A stretch of 64,000 nt of DNA from Sphingomonadales bacterium (lineage in GTDB: Bacteria > Pseudomonadota > Alphaproteobacteria > Sphingomonadales > Sphingomonadaceae): assembly GCA_043750535.1 (NCBI GenBank), contig JAYVBJ010000043.1, positions 104,674 to 168,673 of the forward strand, read 5' to 3'. The notes under the pieces were generated by a model, which ran no database searches, was not told the origin of the DNA, and was given only the letters and a program-made list of their open reading frames with translations. The translations under genes were made by a program, and so were the position numbers. This document shows, piece after piece, positions 31,877 through 41,441 of this stretch (the stretch's first letter is position 1; every line of letters begins with the position of its first letter).

Positions 31877-33224
31877 GATTAATCTCCTGCAGTTCGCCTA
31901 TAGCATTCGCCATTTCTTGCAAGAGGTGATCAACTTGGGCGGCAGATGTCACCGGACTTAGCAACATCATATTGTGGAACGGCGCGAGCAATATGCCGCG
32001 ATTAACAAGGTAAAGGTGGATGGCCGATTCCAGATTGTGATCCATGATTGCCCGCGCCTCGCTGCCATTTTGCGGGGCAGTGGACGAACACCCAAATTCC
32101 ACCCGCGCGCCCACATTGGAGACATGCCAGCCGAGCGATTTTTCCGCAATTACCGACTGTAATCCGGTCACCAATCGCGACGCCATAGCCTGCATATGCG
32201 CGTATGCTGCGCGGGTAATCACTTGCCCCAACATCGCGTGCATCGCCTTAATGGAAAGCGCATTTGCCGATAATGTTGTGCCAATCCCGCTGTGCCCCGG
32301 TGGCCGCGCTGCATTCAGCGACGCCATCTGCGCGGCGACTTCGTCCGAAAATCCGTACACCGCACAAGGCACGCCGCCGCCGATTGATTTGCCGATCACC
32401 ATGATGTCCGGCATTGGTCCATGTGTGTTGCTATGGCCGCCATAGCCCGACGAAATTGTGTGGGTTTCATCGAAAACCAGCAATGTTCCATGCGCCTGCG
32501 TCAATTGGCGTAGGGCCTGCAAATACCCCGGCGCGTCGCGCACCATGCCCACATTGGTCATCAATGGTTCGGCCAGAACGCACGCAATATCGTCAGCTTT
32601 CAACGCCAACTCTAACGCAGCAATATCGTTGAATTCGATCACTTCGGTTGTGGGCAATATATCATGAACTTGGCCGATCAGACTGGGCCGATTGACCGGC
32701 ACGCCGCCGCGCAAATCCACCAGCACATCATCAACCGCGCCGTGATAGCAGCCATTGAAAATCAGTATTTTCTGGCGTCCCGTTATACCTCTGCACCAAC
32801 GGATAACGGCGCGGTTTGCCTCGCTCGCGGTGGTGGTCACTTGCCATTGCGGTAGGCCAAACATTTCCGCCAACATCTCGCCCAATTCCGCCCCTTTGGC
32901 GGTGGGCAGCATATAGCTCAGCCCCTCGCCCGCCTGCTGCGCCAATGCCTGTGCCAATGCGGGCGGTGAATGGCCAAACATGCTGGCCGTGTCGCCAAGG
33001 CAAAAGTCGTCATACACTTGGCCATCAATGCTTCGCAAAGTTGCGCCGGTGGCAGACTGCGCGACAATTGGAAACGGGCTCGGCCAGTCTTTCATCCAAT
33101 GAAACGGCACGCCTTGAAACCAGCCGCCGGATTGCGCGGAGTGCGCCGCCGATTTCGGATTGGCGGCAACAAAACGTGCAGCTTCACGCGCGCGCATTGA
33201 TGCGATGGCAGCTTCTGTAATCAT
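31869..33224 (-). CDS. Class III aminotransferase (glutamate-semialdehyde aminomutase-like)
   Basis: DFCLGDT, GCYHG, FDETHT, GKSIGGG; ATG 33224 overlaps the upstream stop. Confidence 0.85.
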   Translation of the reverse strand: MITEAAIASMRAREAARFVAANPKSAAHSAQSGGWFQGVPFHWMKDWPSPFPIVAQSATGATLRSIDGQVYDDFCLGDTASMFGHSPPALAQALAQQAGEGLSYMLPTAKGAELGEMLAEMFGLPQWQVTTTASEANRAVIRWCRGITGRQKILIFNGCYHGAVDDVLVDLRGGVPVNRPSLIGQVHDILPTTEVIEFNDIAALELALKADDIACVLAEPLMTNVGMVRDAPGYLQALRQLTQAHGTLLVFDETHTISSGYGGHSNTHGPMPDIMVIGKSIGGGVPCAVYGFSDEVAAQMASLNAARPPGHSGIGTTLSANALSIKAMHAMLGQVITRAAYAHMQAMASRLVTGLQSVIAEKSLGWHVSNVGARVEFGCSSTAPQNGSEARAIMDHNLESAIHLYLVNRGILLAPFHNMMLLSPVTSAAQVDHLLQEMANAIGELQEINHD

Positions 33225-34516
33225 CCCAACCGGTCCCGCAGCGCATACCAAAGCAGACCCAATGTCGCGAGCGGCCGGGCAAGTAACTTACCGCCCGGAA
33301 AACGTGTGTGCGGTAGCTTGGCAAATACGTCAAAACGGCCCATTGTTCCGATCAGAGCCTCCGCAATCAATTCACCCGCCAGCGTTGTAATCAACGCCCC
33401 GTGCCCGGAAAAACCGTGCGCAAAAAATACGCTGCCGTTGCGTCCCATATGCGGCAACCGGTTGCTTGTTACCGCCACCACGCCGCCCCACGCATAGTCA
33501 ATTTTCGTTTCAGCCAGCGACGGAAACACTTCGGCCATATGCTTGCGGACAAATTTGCCAATATCCTTTGGCGGCGTCTGTACGTATTTTTCGCCGCCGC
33601 CAAATATCATCCGTTTATCCGCGCTCAAGCGAAAGTAGTTGAGCACAAATCGGCTGTCTGCGATTGCCGCGTCGCTCGGCATCAACTGGTCGGCGTTGGC
33701 CAAGGGCTCGGTCGCGATATTATAGTTCATGATGGGAACCGTGTAAGCAGCCAAAGCGGGCGCAATCTGTCCAATCCATGCGTCGGTAGCGATGATCAAG
33801 TGTTTGGCCCACGCGCCGCTGTTTCCGGCATTGTCCGTGGTGCCCGCAAAAACTTCGACGTCGCCTTTTCCATGTTCAAAATAACCTGCTACGCGGCTGT
33901 TTTCAAATATCTGAACGCCAGCTTTTTTAGCAGCGGCAGCCAATCCAAGTGCATAATTAAGCGGGTGGAAATGCCCACCTTGGTGATCATATAGTCCGCC
34001 GTGATAATTGCCGCCGTTGATGTGCTTGCCCATATCACTGGGCCGGACAATCTCGATAGAATCCCATCCAAAATTAGCGGAGAGAAACGCCGCCTCGCGC
34101 TGCATCTCTTCAAAATGCGCGGGTCTATATGCGGCTTCTAAATGACCGCTTTTCAAGTCGCAGCTTATGTTGTGCTGGACCACGCGGGAATTTACGCGTC
34201 CGGCCGCGCTCCATGCCAAATCGAAAATTGCTTTCGCCCGCTCCCGTCCGAACTGCGCATCAATCTCTTGCATAGACCAGCGCAGGCCCGGTATCAATTG
34301 GCCTCCATTTCGGCCAGACGCGCCAAAGCCAATCGTCTCAGCTTCGAACAGAGCAACCGAAAGCCCGTTTTCCGCGCATGCCAATGCCGCCGACAGTCCG
34401 GTAAATCCGCCGCCAACCACGATAACGTCGCATTTTAAGCTGCCCAACAAATCTGGCTGCGTTTCCCACGCATTGGCAGTGGCGGCATAGTAACTGTTGT
34501 TCAAAGAATCGGACAT
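33221..34516 (-). CDS. FAD-dependent gamma-glutamylputrescine oxidase (PuuB-like)
   Basis: SYYAATA, GGGFTGLS, GASGRNGGQ, HPLNYALG, GFSGHG. Confidence 0.88.
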   Translation of the reverse strand: MSDSLNNSYYAATANAWETQPDLLGSLKCDVIVVGGGFTGLSAALACAENGLSVALFEAETIGFGASGRNGGQLIPGLRWSMQEIDAQFGRERAKAIFDLAWSAAGRVNSRVVQHNISCDLKSGHLEAAYRPAHFEEMQREAAFLSANFGWDSIEIVRPSDMGKHINGGNYHGGLYDHQGGHFHPLNYALGLAAAAKKAGVQIFENSRVAGYFEHGKGDVEVFAGTTDNAGNSGAWAKHLIIATDAWIGQIAPALAAYTVPIMNYNIATEPLANADQLMPSDAAIADSRFVLNYFRLSADKRMIFGGGEKYVQTPPKDIGKFVRKHMAEVFPSLAETKIDYAWGGVVAVTSNRLPHMGRNGSVFFAHGFSGHGALITTLAGELIAEALIGTMGRFDVFAKLPHTRFPGGKLLARPLATLGLLWYALRDRLG

Positions 34517-35862
34517 TACACCCGCAGCAATAAATGCTCACGCTCCCAACTGCTCACAACCGACTGGTAATTGAACAGCTCATAATCTTTGATCGCGAAG
34601 AAGATTTCAAAGAAATCATCACCCAGTAACGTCCGGACCTTTTTGCAGCTATTGAACCGGTCGAGTGCCGCTTCCAGTGTACGGGGCAAAGTGCGGGCGC
34701 GGTTATAGGCGCTGCCTTCGATCATCTTGGGCGGGATCATCCGTTCCGTCATGCCAATATATCCGCATACCAATGTCGCGGCCATCACCAGATATGGGTT
34801 CGCATCCGCGCCCGGCAAACGGTTTTCGACGCGGCGATTATGCCTGTCGGAAATGGGCACACGGAAACCACATGACCGGTTGTCGATGCCCCATTGGACG
34901 TTGATGGGCGCAGCACTGTCCGGCCGCATCCGGCGAAAGCTGTTTACATTGGGCGCCCACATTGGCGAAATCTGCGGCATCAGGCGCACAAGCCCCGCGA
35001 TATAGCTGCGGAACAAAGTGCTGTCGCGGCCATTGGATGTCGAAAACAGGTTTCTGCCTGTTTCCCAATCGACGACGGACTGATGAATGTGCATTGCGCT
35101 GCCCGGCTGCCCGGCCATCGGGTTCGCCATAAAGGTCGCAAAGACGCCATGCTGCTTGGCCACATTGCGCACGGCGCGCTTAAACAGGAATACCGAATCC
35201 GCGAGCTTCAACGGGTCGCCGTGGATAAAGTTCACCTCCAGCTGAGCCGCGCCCATTTCGTGGATCATGGTATCGATGTCGAGGCCCATCATCTCACAAT
35301 CGTCATAGATATGATCGATGATTTCTTCATATTCGTTCATCGCCTCAAGCCCGTAAGGCTGGCTGGCGGTTTCCGATCTACCCGATTGCCCGGCGGGTGG
35401 TTGCAACGGAAAATCAGGATCGATGTTTTGCGAAACCAAATAAAATTCAACTTCGGGCGCAACAATGGGCCGCCAACCTTTGGCTTTGAATAACGCAATG
35501 ACTTTTTTCAATATCGCGCGCGGAGCGATGGAAACGGGTGTCCCGTCGCTGTTCAAGACATCGGCGATAACAAACGCGGTGGGTGATTTGAAACCGGGCG
35601 CACGGCAAATCGTGTCGGGGTCTGCGACCAGAATTTTGTCAGGGTCCTTATCCCAGATATCGGGGATGTCTTCTGGATAATGGCCATCAATCGTGCTGAT
35701 AAACACGCTGCCGGGGATTCTGAGGGATTTATCATCGACCGAGGCCAGAAATTTTTTCGCAGGCAATACTTTGCCGCGCTGCACCCCGTTAATATCCGGA
35801 ACGATACATTCAACTTCATCGATTTTGTGTTCGGCAATCCATGCCGTCATTGCATTTGTCAT
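34516..35862 (-). CDS. Second glutamine synthetase family gamma-glutamyl-polyamine ligase
   Basis: EVECIVPD, PEVEFYL, HEMGAAQLE, GSAMHIH, ENRLPGADANPY. Confidence 0.88.
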   Translation of the reverse strand: MTNAMTAWIAEHKIDEVECIVPDINGVQRGKVLPAKKFLASVDDKSLRIPGSVFISTIDGHYPEDIPDIWDKDPDKILVADPDTICRAPGFKSPTAFVIADVLNSDGTPVSIAPRAILKKVIALFKAKGWRPIVAPEVEFYLVSQNIDPDFPLQPPAGQSGRSETASQPYGLEAMNEYEEIIDHIYDDCEMMGLDIDTMIHEMGAAQLEVNFIHGDPLKLADSVFLFKRAVRNVAKQHGVFATFMANPMAGQPGSAMHIHQSVVDWETGRNLFSTSNGRDSTLFRSYIAGLVRLMPQISPMWAPNVNSFRRMRPDSAAPINVQWGIDNRSCGFRVPISDRHNRRVENRLPGADANPYLVMAATLVCGYIGMTERMIPPKMIEGSAYNRARTLPRTLEAALDRFNSCKKVRTLLGDDFFEIFFAIKDYELFNYQSVVSSWEREHLLLRV

Positions 35863-35940
35863 GCTGGATTGTGCGCACAGCCCGCGAAGTTGGTCAAGTG
35901 ACCTTGTCGCAAAGCTGTGCGCAGTCCTTTATCAATTAAA

Positions 35941-36675
35941 TTAGAATGATAGTCCTACGGTCGCAACAATCGCTTTTCTGGCATCGCCGTCCACAAAAAT
36001 GCTGTTGCGGTTTGAATCGATGTAAGATGCGCCAAGTGTCAGGGCATCAAACGAAGCAGTGACGCCCAGTGACCAGTCAAGCTTGTTACCGGTTTCACCG
36101 CCAAACGCGCCGTCTTCATAACCGAACGATCCGGCAACGGTGAAAGGTGTGTTGGGAATGCCAACCGAAGCAGTGGTCGCGAGATATAGATTGTCGGTAC
36201 CGCCGATATTATCTTGTTTCGGTGCGTAAGAAATCTGTGCGCCCAATGTTGCCGGGCCGACAGTAGTGCCAATTTTGCCGGTTGTTTCGACGTAATTCAG
36301 GCTGCTGACACCGGGATAAACATAATAAGTCGCGCTGATGTCATAAGTGATGGCATCGCCGCCAGCAAATCCAGCGTACAAATCGACTTCAACATCGTCG
36401 CCGTCGTTTTCAGAAACCGTAGACGCCCAGACACCGACATAAGCGCCGGATTCATGGGCGACATTCAGGCTGCCTTGCAGCGCGGGATCTTTGCCGCTGA
36501 GCGATACGCCGCGAAACCGGTAGTCCGAAACAAAGGTAACAGTTCCAGATATATCAATCGGTCCCGACGCTTCTTCTTCTGCAGCTGGTTCGTCCGCTGC
36601 ACATGCAGGCAGGGAAATAGACATTGCGGTTACTGCCAACGTCGCCGCGCTCAGTTTAATAATGTGCTTACGCAT
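35941..36675 (-). CDS. TorF/TIGR02001 family putative outer-membrane porin
   Basis: Signal peptide, SDYRFRGVS, PALQG, EVDLYAG, C-terminal Phe. Confidence 0.88.
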   Translation of the reverse strand: MRKHIIKLSAATLAVTAMSISLPACAADEPAAEEEASGPIDISGTVTFVSDYRFRGVSLSGKDPALQGSLNVAHESGAYVGVWASTVSENDGDDVEVDLYAGFAGGDAITYDISATYYVYPGVSSLNYVETTGKIGTTVGPATLGAQISYAPKQDNIGGTDNLYLATTASVGIPNTPFTVAGSFGYEDGAFGGETGNKLDWSLGVTASFDALTLGASYIDSNRNSIFVDGDARKAIVATVGLSF

Positions 36676-36944
36676 AAATAGTCCTTTATTTTCATCGGTT
36701 CATCTTTCCAACAAACAGGCTTTCACCCTCTTGTCGGACTTATGTCGCCCCGGTCCCGTGAATTTTGCGCTCTCCACCAGTCTCTATTGGACGATTGAGG
36801 AATTTGAGTGCGCCTGCACCAAACAGCAAAGCGCAAACCGTTCAAGCAATATTGTGACAGTGTTGATGTCCTTTTCGGCGAATGTGATAATTGTATCACA
36901 GTTTTGAGACATCTTATTGACGCTTCATCCCAATGCCATTGCAC

Positions 36945-37406
36945 TCAATCCAGCACACGCGGGGGAACGGCGCGGTTGACCACTTCGCGCAAAGCAAACG
37001 CGGTTTCGATCCGGGCAACTTTTGGCAGAGTGGCGATTTCTTGCCGGTGGATACGCTCATAATCCTCAAGCGATGCCGCCTTCAGTACGATCAAATAATC
37101 ATCGCGCCCCGACATCAGGTGGCAACGAATGACCGATGGGCACAGGGCTACTGCCGTTTCAAACGTGCGCATCGTTTCTTCGCTTTGCCCTTCTAATGCG
37201 ATTGTGACCATGACGGTCGCACCTGCATTCAGCTTTGATAGATTCACATCAGCGCGGTAACCGCGGATAATGCCTTCATCTTCCATCGATTTTTGCCGCC
37301 GGAATGCTGCGCTTGGCGATAGGCCGGCGGCATCAGAAAGCTCTTGCTGAGTCGCGCGGCCATTTGCGACCAGTGCCTTTAATATTCTGCGATCAATATT
37401 GTCCAT
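36945..37406 (-). CDS. Lrp/AsnC regulator (AldR-like)
   Basis: DNIDRRIL..GLSPS HTH, SGRDDY; divergent from ald. Confidence 0.9.
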   Translation of the reverse strand: MDNIDRRILKALVANGRATQQELSDAAGLSPSAAFRRQKSMEDEGIIRGYRADVNLSKLNAGATVMVTIALEGQSEETMRTFETAVALCPSVIRCHLMSGRDDYLIVLKAASLEDYERIHRQEIATLPKVARIETAFALREVVNRAVPPRVLD

Positions 37407-37534
37407 ACGCCCATATTATCGGAAAAACCCGTATATAGCGAATTATTTGTGCAAAACTTCCCAGTTAAGCTATAACTTTCACACACTATATCTGGAATTT
37501 CGCTGTTATTATCCGTTTACAATTTTACCGGAGA

Positions 37535-38653
37535 ATGGCCATGCATATCGGCGTACCTAAAGAGATCAAAATTCACGAATATCGCGTCGGCCTCACCCCT
37601 TCGGCGGTGCGTGAATATGTGGCGCGCGGTCACAAGGTAACGGTTGAAACGGGCGCGGGCGATGGCATATTTGCCGACGACAAAATGTACCGCGCCGCCG
37701 GTGCCACAATCGCGAAGGATGCGGCGTCGATATTTGCCAAGGCAGATATGATCATCAAGGTCAAAGAACCCCAGCCGTCCGAATGGATCATGCTGCGCCC
37801 CGATCAATTGCTGTTCACATATTTGCATTTGGCACCCGATCCGAAACAGGCAAAGGGCCTGATTGCCAGCGGCTGCACAGCCATCGCTTATGAAACTGTA
37901 ACCGATGCGTCAGGTGCCCTGCCCTTGCTTGCGCCGATGAGCGAAGTTGCCGGGCGGCTCGCCATCGAAGCCGCCGGCGAAGCAATGCGCCGCAGTGAAG
38001 GCGGCGCTGGCATATTGCTGGGCGGCGTGCCGGGTGTTCCGGCTGGCCGCGTAGCCGTATTGGGCGGCGGCGTCGTGGGTACACATGCGGCGCGCATGGC
38101 CGTCGGTTTGGGCGCGGAGGTTACCATTATCGACCGTTCGCTGCCGCGTCTGCGTCAATTGGACGAGCTGTTCCAAGGCCGCGTCCGCACCCGTTATTCA
38201 ACGCTTGATACCATTGACCATGAAATCAGCATCGCCGATGCGGTGATCGGTGCCGTGCTGATCCCCGGAGCCAGCGCACCTAAATTGGTGACGCGGGCGA
38301 TGTTAAAGCGCATGAAACCGGGCAGCGTGCTGGTTGATGTTGCGATCGACCAAGGCGGCTGTTTTGAAACCAGCAAGCCGACCACGCATGAAAATCCGAC
38401 TTATGTCGTTGACGGCATTATCCACTATTGCGTCGCCAACATGCCCGGAGCAGTGCCGCAAACCAGCGCCGCTGCACTCAATAATGCTACTTTGCCTTAT
38501 GGATTGGCATTGGCAGATAAGGGGCTGGACGCCATTCGCGAAAGCAAGGGGTTGATGGATGGCTTAAACGTCCACAAGGGTAAAGTGACGAGCAAAGCCG
38601 TTGCCGAAAGCCTTGGCATGAAGTTTGTCGAACCAGAAATCGCGCTTGGTTGA
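37535..38653 (+). CDS. ald: Alanine dehydrogenase
   Basis: GVPKEIK..EYRV, KVKEP, YLHLA, DVAIDQGGC, YCVANMPGAV. Confidence 0.97.
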   Translation: MAMHIGVPKEIKIHEYRVGLTPSAVREYVARGHKVTVETGAGDGIFADDKMYRAAGATIAKDAASIFAKADMIIKVKEPQPSEWIMLRPDQLLFTYLHLAPDPKQAKGLIASGCTAIAYETVTDASGALPLLAPMSEVAGRLAIEAAGEAMRRSEGGAGILLGGVPGVPAGRVAVLGGGVVGTHAARMAVGLGAEVTIIDRSLPRLRQLDELFQGRVRTRYSTLDTIDHEISIADAVIGAVLIPGASAPKLVTRAMLKRMKPGSVLVDVAIDQGGCFETSKPTTHENPTYVVDGIIHYCVANMPGAVPQTSAAALNNATLPYGLALADKGLDAIRESKGLMDGLNVHKGKVTSKAVAESLGMKFVEPEIALG

Positions 38654-38823
38654 TGTAGCCGGAGCGGCTGCATCGGCTTTTAATCGCGGTTAATCGCGGT
38701 GAGGTTTGGCCATTCGCATTAACGCTTGTAATGTAGGATTTGTTCTGGGAACGAAGGGCATAGCTGCTTGTTTAGGGCTGGCTCTTTGACATTGTTGGCG
38801 GTCTAATATTTGAATGGGAACAC

Positions 38824-38933
38824 CTCCCCTTTCCGTTCGTCCTGTTTCCCGGCAGGGCGGTGTCGAAGGGCAGGTTACTGGTCTCATCCTTCGACATCGA
38901 CCCGCCGGGAAACAGGACGAACGGAAAGGGGAG
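38824..38933. repeat. Palindromic element family A, stem-extended variant
   Basis: ctcccctttccgttcgtcctgtttcccggc... / ...gccgggaaacaggacgaacggaaaggggag. Confidence 0.85.
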
Positions 38934-38951
38934 CTCTTGAATAAAACAAAA

Positions 38952-39002
38952 CCGTTCGTGCTGAGCTTGTCGAAGTACAGATTGCTTGTCACATCCCTCG
39001 AC
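38952..39002. repeat. Partial family A element
   Basis: ccgttcgtgctgagcttgtcgaagtacagattgcttg, nearly identical to 4429-4465. Confidence 0.75.
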
Positions 39003-39165
39003 TTCGTCCCGCAAATCGGCAAAAAAGCATCCTACAAGAAAAACACGATGTAGGTAATTATCTTACGCCGCTCTTTCGCAAAATGTCAAAATAGGTGTCA
39101 ATCTTGTCAACCAGGTGTCAACTTGGCCCAAATCGAGGCAATCGAGCCAGCTGGAAAACGCCTAC

Positions 39166-39199
39166 TTGACCGGCGTATAATAAAGAACATAATGCGAAC
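39166..39199 (+). promoter_or_regulatory. sigma70-like promoter overlapped by an alphaproteobacterial LexA box
   Basis: GAAC-ATAATGC-GAAC (39185-39199) matches GAAC-N7-GAAC; TTGACC (39166) -N16- CATAAT (39188); directly before imuA. Confidence 0.85.
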
Positions 39200-39202
39200 A
39201 TT

Positions 39203-39985
39203 ATGCGACTCACTTCTGCTCTGCCTATTGTATCCGCACGCGCCGCGACTGACCGGGCGGCGCGCAACGATGCCCGGTGGGCAACCGGCATAGCTGCGCT
39301 TGATACCATCATGGCCGGCGGGATAAACCAAGGCCGGGTGCATGAATTTTATACCGCCGAACAAGAAGACGCAGCGGCGATTGCGGGCTTTGCCGCCGCC
39401 TTGGCCATTGGAATGACATCAACCGCGCATCCTGCTCTGTGGCTGCGGTCGCGCCGCGCGGTGACCGCTGGCGGCGTCTTGCAAGGCGAAGGTTGGGCAG
39501 AATTGGGCGGCGCTCCTGACGCCTGCATCTTCGGGTTGTTTGGCGATTCCATGAACTTGCTGCGCGCCACTGTTGATGCCTTGCGGTGCGGCGGATTGGG
39601 CGCGGTGGTGCTGGAAAGCTGGGGCCGTATGACCGAACTTGACCTGACTGCCAGTCGCCGTTTCGCACTGGCTGCGGAAAAATCGGCGGTGCCTTTGCTG
39701 CTGCTGCGTATCAATGCCACCCCCGGCCCCAGTGCGGCGCAGACCCGTTGGCAGGTGACATCTGCACCCTCGCACGCACTTCCCGGAAACGCGCCGGGGG
39801 TGCCGACCTTTGACATTGAATTACTACGCCAGCGTTCCGGACCTTTCGGGATGCGTTGGCGATTGGAGTGGGATCGTGATCAACGCATATTCCGGGACAC
39901 GGCGTTATCTGGCGCTGTGGTTCCCGTTCCTTCCGTCAGACCGGCTGCGGATACAGGAACCGGAACGCTTCGCCGGGTCGCCTGA
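39203..39985 (+). CDS. imuA: ImuA (RecA-like mutagenesis accessory protein)
   Basis: TGIAALD..GGI..GRVHE, DLTASRR, SAAQTRWQV; first gene of the cassette. Confidence 0.9.
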   Translation: MRLTSALPIVSARAATDRAARNDARWATGIAALDTIMAGGINQGRVHEFYTAEQEDAAAIAGFAAALAIGMTSTAHPALWLRSRRAVTAGGVLQGEGWAELGGAPDACIFGLFGDSMNLLRATVDALRCGGLGAVVLESWGRMTELDLTASRRFALAAEKSAVPLLLLRINATPGPSAAQTRWQVTSAPSHALPGNAPGVPTFDIELLRQRSGPFGMRWRLEWDRDQRIFRDTALSGAVVPVPSVRPAADTGTGTLRRVA

Positions 39986-41441
39986 CGCACCCGTTGCCCT
40001 TATCACCAAGATGAAAGGCGCGCTAAAACTGGCCGCAGTCGATGAATGTGCGCAGTCCTTGGGCCTCTGCGCCGGGCTAACATTGGCGGATGCGCGTGCC
40101 CGGCAACCCGGCCTCACGGTCTATGAATTGGATGAGGAAGCGGACAAGCATTGGCTAAACCGCATGGCACGGCGCTGTGTCGCTTATTCTCCTTTGGTCA
40201 CAACAACGCCGCCCGACACCATCATAATCGACATTACCGGCACCGATCATCTGTTCGGCGGGGAAGCAGGGTTGATGGACAACATCGGAGAGAAATTTGC
40301 CGGGCGGGGCATGACCCTGCGCCTCACCTGCGCCGCAACGGCAGAGGGGGCACACGCGCTGGCCCGCTATGCCAAGTTGCCTGTCTGTGATGAACGGGCG
40401 GCAATCCGCAGCCTGCCGGTGACTGCGCTTGGACTTGACCCGCAAGCGACATTGGCGCTGAAACGAGCTGGGCTGAAATGCGTGGGCGACGTTGCCGTGC
40501 GCCCTACCGCCACGATTGCCGCACGCTTTGGGGCAAAGGCGGTAACAGCGATCCGCTTGCTAACGGGAGAAGTGCAGCACCCCATTCAACCTTTGGCGCA
40601 GCCCGCCCCCCTTATCTTTGAACGCCGCTTTGCCGAACCAATCGCGCATCAAAGCATGATCGCGCATAGTTTTTTGGAATTGATGCGCGAAGCCGCCCTT
40701 GCCCTTGAAGAACGCAGGCTGGGTGGACGGCGGTTCCAGCTGATCCTGTTTCGCAGCGACGGCGCACAACGCAGACTCGATATCGAAACCGGGGCCGCAA
40801 CGCGCGATCCAGCGCTGGTCCTGCGTCTGTTCGATGAAAGAATTGGTGCCCTCGCCGATCCGCTCGATCCCGGATTTGGTTATGATAGCATCACCCTGAC
40901 GATCACGGCGGCAGAGGCGCTCGCTGTCGTCCAGCCTGCTTTGGATGGCGGGGAAAAGGGCGATATGGCAATTGCCGAATTGATCGACCGGCTGAGCATG
41001 CGGCTGGGCGTGGGGAGCATCCGCCGCATTGTTCCGCACGATAGCCACATCCCCGAACAAGCGCAGCTCGCCCTTCCCGCGATTGAGTGCCGTGTCCCTA
41101 TCCGCTGGCCTAAACCTGCATTCGGGGAGCCGCCTGCACGCCCGATCTTTCTGTTTGATCCGCCCCAAATGGTCGAAGTTATCGCCGAGGTACCCGACGG
41201 GCCGCCCCATCGCTTTCGCTGGCGACGGACCCTGCATGAAGTGCGCTTGTATGAAGGACCGGAGCGGATTGCCGCCGAATGGTGGCGGAGCAAAGGGGGC
41301 GAACAAAGCGGCAAAGCTGGTCTCACCCGTGACTATTACCGGATCGAGGATGTTCGCGGGCGGCGATACTGGATTTTCCGGCATGGGCTTTATGAAGAAA
41401 AACCTGATCCGCGATGGTATTTGCATGGACTGTTCGCGTGA
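39876..41441 (+). CDS. imuB: ImuB, inactive Y-family polymerase (start approximate)
   Basis: RRYLALWFP, GLTLADARA, GPERIAAEWW, RDYYRIED, WYLHGLFA. Confidence 0.92.
   Translation: MINAYSGTRRYLALWFPFLPSDRLRIQEPERFAGSPDAPVALITKMKGALKLAAVDECAQSLGLCAGLTLADARARQPGLTVYELDEEADKHWLNRMARRCVAYSPLVTTTPPDTIIIDITGTDHLFGGEAGLMDNIGEKFAGRGMTLRLTCAATAEGAHALARYAKLPVCDERAAIRSLPVTALGLDPQATLALKRAGLKCVGDVAVRPTATIAARFGAKAVTAIRLLTGEVQHPIQPLAQPAPLIFERRFAEPIAHQSMIAHSFLELMREAALALEERRLGGRRFQLILFRSDGAQRRLDIETGAATRDPALVLRLFDERIGALADPLDPGFGYDSITLTITAAEALAVVQPALDGGEKGDMAIAELIDRLSMRLGVGSIRRIVPHDSHIPEQAQLALPAIECRVPIRWPKPAFGEPPARPIFLFDPPQMVEVIAEVPDGPPHRFRWRRTLHEVRLYEGPERIAAEWWRSKGGEQSGKAGLTRDYYRIEDVRGRRYWIFRHGLYEEKPDPRWYLHGLFA

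Noticed and set aside
36883-36900. CRP/FNR site
   Set aside because: TGTGA and TCACA are separated by 8 nt, not the 6 nt required; kept only as an unassigned palindrome.
831-39002. Palindromic repeats as a CRISPR array or IS elements
   Set aside because: The copies are isolated and dispersed, with no repeat-spacer periodicity, cas genes or transposase.
38690-39053. Short ORFs between ald and imuA
   Set aside because: They are translations of palindromic repeat elements.
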